This document shows, one piece after another, positions 1 to 11,731 of a stretch of DNA of 32,000 nt. The notes below the pieces were generated by a model that worked only from the letters and a program-made list of their open reading frames with translations, did no database searches and had not been told where the DNA came from. This stretch comes from Wallemia ichthyophaga EXF-994 (Eukaryota > Fungi > Basidiomycota): assembly GCF_000400465.1 (NCBI RefSeq), contig NW_008806290.1, positions 180,001 to 212,000 on the forward strand, in the 5' to 3' direction. Positions within the stretch are counted from its first letter, which is position 1, and each line of letters opens with the position of its first letter. Position numbers and translations under genes: made by a program.

Positions 1-2
1 CA

Positions 3-1402
3 GTGTACCCGCATCCTGATTCCGTCTACTTCAACACGCAGCAAGATTGGGATAAGGTTATCGTGCGTGACTTGATCTTGCAGCGTAAACTAGCCCCGTT
101 CTACAAGGGATTGAACGACTACAACGACGATATGTCTGATATCGATATTCTTCAGCAAAAGTACAATGGTAGCCTACCGCCCAACTCTCCGCACGTTTCC
201 CCTCAATCTCAGGTAAAAACGCCGAGGAGATCAGCTTCATCTTCATCCACGAATCTTAAGAAGCCGACAATTAATCCCGAGACTTTCATCTACAAGAATG
301 CCCAGGAATGTCCCATTTGCTTCCTTTTCTACCCCTCAAACCAGAACCGTAGCAGATGCTGCGATCAGCCACTGTGTAGTGACTGCTTTGTCCAGATTAA
401 GAGGTCTGAGCCTTCAACCACTCACCTCGAATCTGAGCCTGCCGCATGTCCTTACTGCGCGCAGGACAACTTCGGTATCACGTATTCCCCTCCACAGTGG
501 CGTACCGGCAACGGTGCTAGTCCTTCTCTCGAGTCCAACCTCGATAATCTCGTTAATGAGAGCTCTGCGCAAACTCAAAGGCCTCGCAGAAAATCCATCA
601 GCGCTGATAGCTCCGACGTGGTCACTAGTGACGCCATTCGCCCAGAATGGAAAGCTAAACTGGAGTCAGTGCGTGCGCAAGCCGCTCGTCGCGCTAACAG
701 AAGAATCATCATGCGTCAAGTCGGCGATAGACTGGTGCCCATTGGGGTGACATCATCCAGACATCCCCTCGCAAACTCTCAACTTCCACCAGGTCTGTTC
801 CTCTCCTCAGAAGGCGATGTCCAGTCGAGCCCCCACCAAGCTAATCCAGAACAAGGGACGCAGAGAGTGCGCAGTCGCTCCGGTAGGAGAGCGGTTGATA
901 ACTTGGTCAACAGTCTCGGAAACGGTGCTGACTTGGAGGATGTGAGTGGGGGGAGTGTAATTGATATGAATCTACTAATAAATCTCACCAGGCAATGATC
1001 TTGGAGGCTATGAGACTTAGTTTGCTAGAAGAGGAGGAGAGAGGTAGGCGTCGTGAGGAGGAGGAGATTCACGAGAGACAGGCACTCGAAAGAAGTTCCT
1101 CACAAGTGGACATTACATCGGCAGATAATCAACATACCCACGAACCGATCCAGACACCAACAGCAGCACACACTGTGCATGAAGCACCACCAATTGCACC
1201 ACCAACTGACACCCTGCCTGAGAGAACAACATCGATCCACAACAACAACAACAATGGCGATCATTCCAGTCCTGAAGACAAGAATTCACAACAGAGCCGG
1301 CCTTGGAGTGATTCAGTTGATGGGGAGGGAGTGGTTTCGGAATTTGGGGTTGAAACAGCTGCAGATACAGCAGTACCGGCAGGCAGCCGCCCACAGGAAT
1401 AA
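3..1402 (+). CDS. SIP5: Sip5-like protein (Snf1/AMPK-pathway associated, RING-like Cys cluster); 5'-partial
   Basis: Motifs LILQRKLAPFYKGLND, ECPICFLFYP..NRSRCCDQPLCSDCFVQIKR, ACPYC and IRPEW. Intron 942-991 (GTGAGT..CTAAT..CAG) joins ORF 3-998 to ORF 995-1402, giving DLED-AMILEAMRLSL. CAG at 1-3 is probably the acceptor of an upstream intron, so the true start lies outside the window. Confidence 0.9.
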
Positions 1403-1540
1403 GTTTGGCCATCGATCGAGAAATTCATTCGTTACGCTTACGAAAGAGATGATGGATATAATGGTGAAGCTTGGTGTTACAAATTAGTGTTATTTACTTG
1501 TACAATGATTATATGATTGACTATCAACTAGAAAGGGCTA

Positions 1541-2263
1541 TCAACTAGGAGAATCTGATCCGGCAAGCTTCCACAGGTAGTTTGAGTGAAAAAATGCACT
1601 AGCGTTTTTATCCAAGACAACGCTGTTGAGGTCGTTGGCTTCATCGTTCCTAACGAGTACCTTGTTAACCTTGCCAGTATAGTCATCCGTGATGATCTCA
1701 AAGCCCAAATCGCGTAAAATCTTTAATCTGAGGCTGTATGACGCGTATTTGACGCGTGTTAGAGGGGGACCTAATTGGGAATTGAAAACGCGACTTACAC
1801 GACTTGATCCATTGAATGCTCTTCTGCGGGCCTAACAGTCTCTAACTCGGACCATTCGTCTTTGAGTTTGTTGAGTGTCGACTCGCACTTGGTGACTGAC
1901 TGTTCGAGCTCAGTGATAGAATTAGCGAGCTGAAACTTTTTGTTGTCCTGTTGAAACATATTCTCTTGGTGCTCCTCAGGCGTAGGTACCGTATTCGGTC
2001 TATTAGCCGCCAACCTAGCGTTATCGAGTTGACGCGTGAGGTTTCTGAGGGACTGCCTAGCGCTGTCTCTAGAAGAGCGCCTTTCTTCAGCCCTGCGCTT
2101 CATGAGCTGATCAATCTGATCCAAACCCGTCGTGTCCGAAGCCGGGTTAAGCAAGTCCATCGTGAGGACCTCGCGCATAACCGATCTGCGTATTATTAGC
2201 GTGTTTGCATAGGCTAGAACATTTCACCCACATTTGGTCACTCAGATTTTGTGATATCGACAT
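1541..2263 (-). CDS. SPC24: Kinetochore Ndc80-complex subunit Spc24
   Basis: Exons 2263-2232, 2185-1799 and 1733-1541; introns 2231-2186 and 1798-1734. The spliced product has an N-terminal coiled coil followed by the RWD-like head VLRLKILRDLGFE..GKVNKVLVRN..DLNSVVLD..SAFFHSNYLW, typical of fungal Spc24. Confidence 0.85.
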
Positions 2264-2282
2264 GGTGGTGCGTGGGCGAGAT

Positions 2283-2288
2283 ACGCGT
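2283..2288. promoter_or_regulatory. MCB-like element (ACGCGT) in the 84-bp divergent spacer between SPC24 and the SPB gene
   Basis: Exact palindrome ACGCGT between the two ATGs (2263 on -, 2348 on +). A role as an MBF site is inferred from yeast biology. Confidence 0.45.
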
Positions 2289-2347
2289 TTCGGGAAAACG
2301 GTCATCAGGAATCCACATCCACGGGAATTGAACTAATTGCTTTTAAA

Positions 2348-5300
2348 ATGGCGCATGCTCTCGCATCTGCATCTGGATTGGATGCCTCTAATTCCCATGT
2401 CAATATTTACGATACGCAGAAATCACTCGCGGAGATGTCGTTGGGTGCGCTAGAGCCGTCGTTCAAATCTGAAGACGAGCGCGAGATTCAGCAAAAGACG
2501 CAGCCCAAGCAGGACCACGAGATGTTGATTGAAAGGGAGAATCAGCACGACGTGGAGGTTGAGGAGGGGCACGAGCAGCAGCAGCTCTCAGACGACGAAC
2601 TCAAATTCCCTCACGTTGAAGACGGCGGTGAAGACGATCTCACCAGCGTACAGGTACCCCTGGCGGACTCGTCTAATTCGCAGCTGTTCGACAAATCAAC
2701 CGCTTCGCTCAAGTCTAAATCTAGGACCGGGTCTTCGCGCAGAGAGAGCGGAGGCAAGCCAATGACTCTGAAGGAGCAGGAGGAGGTAGGTCTCATTATC
2801 TCATCCGTCAGACTCATCGACTCATCTCACCGACTAAAAGACAATCGACCAAGCCAAGCGCGAAAATTGGTCTTTGAAACTCAAAATAGTCCTCTTGGAA
2901 AATAGGCTGAACGAGGTGGCCCCGGAACAGGTGAACGATGCGCTCAAAGAGAACATTCAGCTCAAAATAGACTCTCAAAACATGAGAATGGACTTAAAAC
3001 GCAACAGAACACTCGCACTCAAGTTAGAGAAAGCGATCGAGGCACTCAAGGATGAGAACAAGAAACAGAAAATTGTGATCGATTCAAATCAACGATCGAA
3101 ACCTAGTCCATCAGCTAGCAAGAACCTCGAAGATATGGTAAAGAATGCACAAGAAAACGAGCAGGAGGTTAGAACACTTCTTGAAATGTCTAATGAGAGA
3201 GAAAGAGAGCTAAAGGAGCATATTCATACACTCGAATCCCAGCTAGACAGAAACATCGGAGAGGGTGCTGAGAGCCACCACGGCTGGAGCGATGGAGAAG
3301 ACGCTCGCGCTGAGATCAGTAGGCTCCGTGACGAGGTTTTAGTGGAGCGTGACACTAAGGAAGACATCATAGCCAGTCGGGTTGAGTTGGAGAATCAGCT
3401 AATGGAAACGACAGAAGAGATAGAAAGACTGAGGATGGAAGCAGAAGCTAATGAAGACAACTCAGTCGATCTAGACTCAGCTGTGTCAGTCAGACGTAAT
3501 CGTCAAAAGCGAAAGCCTGAAGATCTTGAAAAGGAAAAGAACTCCCTCGAAACTCAAGTACAGGCTCAATTACAGTTGATCGAGAGTCGTGACAATGAAA
3601 TCGAAGAACTCTATGCACATGTTGAGAGACTAGAAAGTCATATTGAGAACAACACCAGTCTTCGCAACTCGATGAAAATGTCAAGCAACAGTGATCCACG
3701 GGTACATTATGAATTGGAGAAGCTAGATATTGAATGCAATGAGCTGAGGGATCGTCTGTCTGAAGCGCACGTAGAATTGGACAGGAGAGAGACTGAAATT
3801 GAAGGCTACTTACGTGATCAAGAGGACAAATTTCATGACTACATCAACGAATACGATCGTGAACGCAAGTATGAGAAGGAAGAGCTGCATTCATCCAGGC
3901 TCAGATTGGAAGAATACGAAGCAAAGATAGCTACTTTTGAGGATTCGCAGGAGCATATTCAGCAAGAAATTGACCAGTATCTTGAGAAAATGCAAGGAGA
4001 TCTTCATGAGCGCAATGAAGAGTTGCTTGCAGCTAATGATGAAGTTAGCAGAGTGAGTAATGAGTGGAAGTGTTTCAATGAAGATATTAACTAGTATCAT
4101 AGATAAGCGAGCAAAACATACAGCTGGAAAATGAGCTGGATATTGTTTGCGCGAGATTCGAAGCACTTGAAAGCGATCTTCTTGAGATGCAACAACGACT
4201 AGATCAAGAGCAAGATATCCAAGATAGAGTGACATTCTCACTCAAAGAAAAGATTGAAATAACGCATGAGCAGAAACGAGAGCTTGAAAAAGCAATCGAG
4301 AAGCAGATGGCGGATATGCGCCAAACGCGTGAAGTAAGCGATGATCTAGCTTTAAGATTAGCAGAACGCGAGGAGCAATCGCGACAAGAATTAGAGCAAC
4401 TTCGTCAGCTTGAGTATGAATTTGAATCACTAGCTACATCAATGAAGGAGGAGAAGGACGGTAGAGAGCGTGATAGAATATTCTATGGTCGCGAGAAACG
4501 TGATCTCGAGATGGAGCATAAGAGAGCCATTGAGCACAAGACTACGACTTTAGAAGATTACCAGACACAGGTGCAGCAATTAAGATCTCAATTGAGTGCA
4601 CGTGAAGAAGATTACCAGAAGTTGCAAAGCAGGATGAAGAAAATGATGAGTGAGCATCAAGAGCTTGGTGATAGTCACACGAATGATCGCGCAACACTGG
4701 AAATGGAAATAGAGAGACTGGAGAGAGATGGAGCGAGATATGTTGCAGACATTGAGCAGCTGAGATCAGAGTTGGAACGCAAGGACAAGATGTTGGAGGA
4801 GCGCGAGAGAGGGTTGCACAGCACAAACAGCGAGAGCCGGGAATTGAGCTATCAATTGAAAGCAGAACTGCAGACGAACGCATACAATATCGAAAAGTTG
4901 CATACATCTCAACAACAGTATCAAGATGCATTGGAGGAGGTGACTAGGTTAAAGGATAGACTTAGAGAGGTAGATTCACGCCTGATGCGTGAAGAAAAGG
5001 GAGTAAATGTGTCAGAATCTCAATATAAGCAGCAAGTGACGGAGCGTAACACATTGCTTCTGACGATTTACCAATACATGGAGAAACTAGTCGGACCAAG
5101 TGATAGAAAACATAGTGATGCTAGACCGTACAACAATTTCAATGCTTTCCATGAGAATGTCATTTCCAAGATGAGAAAGGTCAGCTCGCTGCAACTCAAG
5201 TTCGACAGTCGAGCAAAAGAGATAGAGAGCAAGTGGATGGACAAATTTGCAGCACTGCGCAAGCAAATTGATGGCAGATGGAAGCAACTCGATGGATTGG

Positions 5301-5821
5301 AGGGTAGTGTGAAGAGTGCTGCTGAGATGCACAAGCAATGGAGATTGAAAGCAAATGAGAAATCGAGAGAACTTGATGAGATTAAGGTGGGTGTAATTGT
5401 GGTGGATAGAGTGGCTGCTGACTAAGACACGCAGAACTCGTACAATGAAACAATGATACAGCTGGCTAACGCGAAATCTAAACTGAACGTCTCTAATGGA
5501 GATACAGGTGAAGTACGAGCACTGACAGCGAGAGCTACAACTGCAGAACGCAGATTGAACATAACACAGAATCAAATGTCTCAGGTGGAGGAGAAGCTGA
5601 TAGAGGCGCGCAACAAGATGGTAGAAAGCGACAACAAGTGGTCAGCTAGAGCCAAAGAGTTTGAAAATAAGATGAAGGCAGCGGAGGACAAGGTGAAGAG
5701 AGAGAGAGTTGGTGCTAAGGATAGAGTGAACGACTTGGAGAAGAACATTGAGGAGCTTAATAAGCAGATTGAGGGTGCATCAAAGAGGAATACAACAATA
5801 CAGAGTTTAGTTGGAAAGTGA
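2348..5821 (+). CDS. Spindle-pole-body gamma-tubulin receptor, centrosomin CM1 family (Pcp1/Spc110 or Mto1/ApsB-like long coiled coil)
   Basis: Introns 2786-2840 (AAG acceptor), 4053-4102 and 5387-5434 join four ORFs in frame. Splicing of intron 1 restores the CM1 motif TLKEQEETIDQAKRENWSLKLKIVLLENRL. The C-terminus has ERNTLLLTIYQY and a KWSARAKEFENKMKA..ERVGAKDRVNDLE segment resembling the Mto1/Pcp1 SPB-targeting region. The paralog cannot be assigned by eye. Confidence 0.85.
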
Positions 5822-5907
5822 GAAAGTGAAAATATGAAAAAAGCAGTAAGCATACAAGACGTGTAAAAGTAAGATACGATACCAGATATTTATGTACATT
5901 GTTCAGC

Positions 5908-6658
5908 TTATGGATGAGCTCTATTTCTCTTACGTGATGAAGGCTGTTGAGGTTTAGTGGAGGAATGCGATTTGTGGTATTGAATAGCTTTAGAGAAGAG
6001 CTGTTGGTGTTGGGTGTTGACGTGGTTGATGTGGTTGATGTGGTTGGCATTACTAACTTCAATGTCGTTGAAGCTGCCGAGAAGCTGTTTGATATTTGCC
6101 GAGTATTGATCGAGGAAGTTTTTCAGAGAGTGTATGTCGATAGAGTGGATGTCTCTCTTTATATTTGAGTGTACAGTGAGCGTATTGCTGAGCTGATTGA
6201 GTTTTCCCTGTATTAGGTTGTTGTTGACTGCGCTAATGAAAAGTTCCTCGACTGATTCGTTCGATTCAAGGTCCAGCTCGAGTCTTAGTCTGGCATATTC
6301 GACGACTCTATCAGAGGAATATGAGGTCATTGAAAGCTGCTTAAGCTTTGAGAGCTGCTTATCGGACAAATCCAGATATATTGATTTGTTATCTGCGACG
6401 TGTGTGAGCACTTGGGAGGCACTAGCAGATAAATCTAACCAGAGAAATCTTTGAAAGTACCGTATGCAAAAAGCTTTAATGTATTTGAATAAATATCGTC
6501 TTGGTCCTTGTACTGAGATTGAGTGAGCAATTTAGCTGTGTAGCGCACAGGACACAGACAGAATCGAGGAATTGGGTGTAATTGAATAAGCCATCATCAT
6601 CAATCAACTTGATTACCGCCTCTCTAACCCGTTCATCTTGTTGATCCAGCGTCATCAT
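5908..6658 (-). CDS. CSN7: COP9 signalosome subunit 7 (PCI domain)
   Basis: Introns 6559-6513 and 6439-6393 give FLDS-YKDQDDIYSNTLKLFAYGTFKDFS-DNKSIYLDLSDKQLSKLKQLSM..EELFISAVNNNLIQGKLNQ..IKRDI, matching the CSN7 LFAYGT and L..GKLDQ....V...GRD pattern. The start is 6658 or 6655. Confidence 0.8.
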
Positions 6659-6682
6659 CGTCGAATTGAAGGATTGTTGAGA

Positions 6683-7374
6683 ATGTCACAGAATCCGTTA
6701 CTTGCACCAATCTACCCTTTGGATCAGCATCCTGAGTTTACGCGTATGGATCCTGTCGATCAATCCAATATGCACGCTGTAAGTCAAGTATTTAGCCAGG
6801 ATAGCGTGTATTCAACCAAATCAGATGCTCAAGTATCAGAAATACATACAACAAGGTATGGAAAGCTGTGCATTCAAGACCGTGTTGTCTGCAGGCGCTG
6901 GGTTCGGTCTTGGTGCTTTCTTCAGCTTAGTGTCTTCTTCATTCGCATTCGACGACCCTTTCAGCAGAACTTCTGAGCTTTCGAGGCAACAGAAGGCCAA
7001 GGAGTTGTTTAAGGATATGGGTAAATCAATGTACAGGCAGGGTAAAGGATTCGGTGCTGTTGGTGGTCTATTTGCCGGTATAGAATGTTGTATTGAAGGC
7101 GTACGTGGTGTTTTATCGCTAATAACATATCATTAATCCCCAACGCTTACAGTATAGAGGTACTAATGACCTCTACAATTCAGCTTCGGCTGGTTTCTTG
7201 TCCGGTGCCATATTATCTAGAAATGCAGGCGTTAAGGCAGCGTTTGGTGGTGGATTTGCATTTGCTGCATTCAGCACAGCTATTGACACGTATATGAGAA
7301 GTGCAGTCAGTATACATTATAGCGTCTTACCGCAACTTCTGACACACAAACAGCCGGCGGATAATGACTACTAA
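6683..7374 (+). CDS. TIM22: Mitochondrial inner-membrane import channel Tim22 (Tim17/22/23 family)
   Basis: Introns 6779-6824, 7101-7152 and 7306-7353. Motifs [52 protein letters not shown] and [21 protein letters not shown]. Confidence 0.93.
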
Positions 7375-7668
7375 TCTTAATACCAAATCATCTATAGACA
7401 AATCATCTAGTGTATTTATACGTAAACTATCCAACCACGATAAGATTTTCACAACAAAATTTTCACGACACACTGATCTTACTTGATTGGAGTGATGAGA
7501 GTATGAGGATGTATTTGAGTACATCTTGAGTGTATAAAGCGTATAATTTGGATAATTTGGATAAATTTACGTAGATTTCCACGATGATCATTAATACGTC
7601 ATTCCATCTAGTAACCAACCCCATTCACATCTCTAACCCAACGACCACAACGATCGACCATTTCGAAA

Positions 7669-10177
7669 ATGACAAAATCTAATGAAAACACAAGGAAGAT
7701 TGCCGTGCTGACTTCTGGCGGAGATGCAGCAGGTGCGCCAATTTAATGTATAGATATAACTGTACACGGCTCACACCTATATCGCAGGAATGAACGCTGC
7801 AGTTAGAGCTGTTGCCAAAATGGGTCTTTACAGAGGCTGTGAGGTGTTTATAGTTCGTGAAGGCTGGGCCGGTTTAGTCGCAGGTAACGTCAACGCTGCT
7901 CCTGCAGATGTACGCCCTCCACCTCAAAGAGCGGGCAAATACCACGGAAATCAAGACGTTGAAGGCGAAAAATTTGCTGCAACCTTCGGTGAAGGTGAGC
8001 TACTCCAAGAGGGCGCTGGTGAAGGCTTGAAGGGTCGCCATATCTTGAAAGTTGGTTGGGATGACGTTCGTGGTTGGATGGATATCGGTGGTACTCTCAT
8101 TGGTACCGCTAGATGCGCGGAATTCCGTGAAAAGGAAGGTCGCGAAACTGCTGCTTTCAACTTGATTAGCCTCGGTATTGACGCTTTGGTTGTTATTGGC
8201 GGTGATGGTTCCCTTACCGGTGCTGACAGATTACGCGGTGAATGGCCTTCCCTTCTCGATGATTTGGAGAAATCGAAGAGAATCTCAGCTGAGCAGCGCA
8301 GTAAACACGCTCATCTTACTATTACTGGTATCGTTGGCTCTATCGATAACGACATGGCTATGACCGATATCACTATTGGTGCTCCAACCGCTTTACATAG
8401 AATTTCTGAAGCTGTTGACTCCATTGGTTCAACCGCTTCTTCTCACTCTAGAGCCTTCGTTGTTGAAGTTATGGGTCGTCATTGCGGTTGGTTGGCCGTC
8501 ATGGCTGGTTTGGCCTGTGGTGCCGACTATATATTCATCCCTGAACGTCCTCCAAAATCTGAGGACTGGGAGAGCGAAATGTGCAACGGCCTCAAGTCTC
8601 ACCGTGAACATGGCAAGAGAAAGACAATTGTTATCGTTGCTGAAGGTGCTTTGGATCGTCAATTGAAGCCAATTAAGCCTGCATATGTTGCAGACATTCT
8701 CACAAAGCGTTTGCAACTCGACACTAGAGTAACTACCCTCGGTCACGTTCAACGTGGTGGTAAGCCATGTGCTTATGATAGACTTTTGGCAACTTTGCAA
8801 GGTGTTGAAGCTGTTGAAGCGGTTTTAGATGCCACCCCACAAACACCAAGCTACATGATTGGGTTAAAGGAAAATAAAGTTAAGAGAGTTAGTTTGATGG
8901 ATGCAGTTAAGGCTACTGCTGGTGTCGGTGATGCTATTGAGAAGAAGGACTTTGACCAAGCACTTCAACTCAGAGATCCAGAGTTCTTGGAGAATCTTGA
9001 AGCATTCGATTACTCGACCATTGTCGGCGATAACAAGCACTTGCCAGAGGGTCAGAGACTTAGAATTGGTATCATTCACGTCGGTGCACCAGCAGGTGGT
9101 ATGAACGCTGCAACCAGAGAAGCAGCAAGATTCTGTTTAGCCAGAGGTCACACTCCATTAGCCATCTACAACGGTTTTGAAGGTCTTTGGGCTGAGGCTG
9201 GAAATGGCGTACAGCCATTATCTTGGTTACAAGTAGACAACTGGTCATCAAGAGGTGGTTCAGAGCTCGGTACCAACAGATCGCTGCCTGCAGATGACTT
9301 GGACAGCACATCGAAGGCATTGCAAAACCACAACATTGATGCACTCTTGATGATTGGTGGTTATGAAGCATACACAGCAATTCAAACACTCAAGAACGCA
9401 AGAACCAACTACCCAGCCTTCCAAATATCAATGGCAGTGATCCCAGCAACATTATCAAACAATGTACCATTGACAGAATTCAGTGTTGGCTCAGACACAG
9501 CATTGAATGCGCTGGTTGATGCATGTGACGCAATCAAGCAATCAGCAGCAGCGTCAAGAAACAGAGTTTTCGTCGTTGAGACACAAGGAGGAAAGTGTGG
9601 ATACTTGGCAACAGTGGGTGCTTTAGCAACTGGAGCTAACATAGTGTACACGCCAGAACTCGGGATGGACTTGGGATTAGTTCAGAGTGATGTGGAGTTC
9701 TTGAAGCGTCGTTTCGCATTGGATGTCAAGGGCAAATCAGATGGTAGATTTATAATCAGAAACGAGAAAGCGTCGTCAGTTTATTCGACAGAGTTCCTCA
9801 CAAACATGCTCAAGGAGGAGGGCAAGGAATTGTTTGACTCAAGAGCAGCGAACCTCGGACACACGTTGCAAGGTGGGACACCATCACCAATTGACAGAGC
9901 TAGAGCATGCAGATTAGCTGTCAGATGTATAAAGTTCTTGGAGGACAACAGCACATCGCGTCAAGCTGGTGCTAAGGATGAGAGTGCAGCTGTGATAGTT
10001 ATAGAAAATGGACAAGTACGATTGGCGCCAGTTGAGGACGTTTCCAAGGTGGCAGACGATAAGAATAGACGTGGAATGGACCCTTGGTGGACACACCTCA
10101 AGCATTTGGTTGAAGTTTTGTCCGGAAGAAGGACGTTAGCGGGTGGTCGTCATCACGAGGAGAGAATGAACAAGTAA
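7669..10177 (+). CDS. PFK1: ATP-dependent 6-phosphofructokinase (eukaryotic tandem-duplicated type)
   Basis: Exon 1 (7669-7732) encodes MTKSNENTRKIAVLTSGGDAAG; intron 7733-7787. Intact motifs GGTLIGTARC, IGGDGSLTGA, GSIDND, EVMGRHCGWL and LGHVQRGG, plus a second regulatory half (VGAPAGGMN, PATLSNN). Confidence 0.98.
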
Positions 10178-10287
10178 ATGTACTTAAAATATAATCTTTA
10201 AATTTAAAATGTTTGTAGCCAAAATTACCTAATCCGATAACCCCATACGCAGTCAAACGCAGTTATCATAGTGACGACGACGATCAA

Positions 10288-11731
10288 ATGCGTTTATTCA
10301 ACAAATATTCCAGCTACGATATGTTGCCTGGGTATAATACACATAAGAATAGGAGAAGGCTTGCCATTTACACGGATAAGCTCAGGCCATCTGCATCTTT
10401 CATCACTGGAATTACCGTGGCTTCCGTTTTGTTTACTTTCCTGTCGATATTCCCAAGAGCTCCACCGTCTATCCCATACGCCTTTGAGGAATTTCAGCCC
10501 GAGAAGCCCGACTGCCTCAGTTGCGGTTTAGATCCCACCGTCGCGCTCATCGACAGCCAGTCGTACATCCAGCCGTATGAGGATCCAGGCATGAACAAGC
10601 ACCTCACAGAATCTCAATGCCTGAACCAATACCCTGGTTTGTTCTATGAGGCGGAAAGAGCTTTGGCTTATTGGTCGGAGCGTGGTGGTATCACGCTGAA
10701 GCACTTGGATAAAGCTTCAGAGAAGGCACACGGGAGGGTTGTAATACACAACAACAGAGTGGGTTGGCTGTTTGGAAATAGCCTTTCTAACAAGACGTTT
10801 ATAGATGTTTGTGAAGGAATTCAGTCATAACGATGTCAATACTAGAGCTTTGGCTACATTTGCGGCTATTCATGAAGCTCTGCTCACTTCAACAGAGGCT
10901 TTTCCAAATGTGGAATTCACGTTCCAAGTTCAAGACGCCGGTGATTCCGAAGATGAACCTATACCAACACTTGTCCTCGACAGGACAGCCGATCAGCCTG
11001 AATTGTGGCTCATGCCCGACTTCGGGTTCTGGTCGTGGCCTGAACCTAAGGTAGGAAGCTTTGGTGAGGTGAGGGATAAGGCAGGTAAATGGGAATCTAA
11101 ACACAGCTGGTCGGAGAAGCTACCAAAACTTTTCTGGAGAGGTGCATCACTTGATCGTGAAATACGTAAGCAATTGATCAATGCAGCAAACGGGTATGCT
11201 TGGTCAGATGTCAAGATGATGGATTGGGGTAATATCCAGCCTGGTGATTTGTTGACAATGGAGGAGCATTGCGGGTATCAGTTCTTGGTGCATGTTGAAG
11301 GCGTAGCTTACTCAGGTAGACTCAAGTATCTTCTTCAATGCCACTCCGTCTCTGTGATGCATGAACTAAAGTTCATTCAACACTTCCATCACTTGTTGGA
11401 CGGCAATTCTACATCAGCTGACCAAAACGTCGTTGTTGTTCCACTGCCAGAGAGGAGACCAGGTAGTGAGACGGATCCAAACCCATGGGAACGCCTACCT
11501 GAAGTGATGGAACAGCTCAAGAAGAATCCAGACAGGGTTAAGAGGATTGCAGATAACAGCTGGGAAGGACTGAGGAGTAGGTATTTGACACCATCTGCTA
11601 CTGTTTGCTACTGGAGAAGGCTATTGAGTCTCTGGAGTCAGGCTCAGGCATTTACAGTAAAGGTCGATGACAGTTATATACCTTACGAATCATTCATGTT
11701 GATGAGGACGGTTGATTGGCAGGCACATTAG
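10288..11731 (+). CDS. CAP10-like / glycosyltransferase family 90 protein (putative xylosyltransferase, type II membrane)
   Basis: N-terminal TM segment; intron 10759-10804. Motifs GRVVIHNNR, PNVEF, LWLMPDFGFWSWPE, KLFWRG, EHCGYQFLVHVEGVAYSGRLKYL, HFHHLL and RIADNS. Confidence 0.88.

Noticed and set aside
6018-6047. Short tandem repeats: NHINHINHVN in CSN7, GATAATTTG x2-3 near 7545-7568, and EQNI x2 near 20017-20041
   Set aside because: Ordinary slippage repeats in low-complexity or intergenic sequence, with no further structure.
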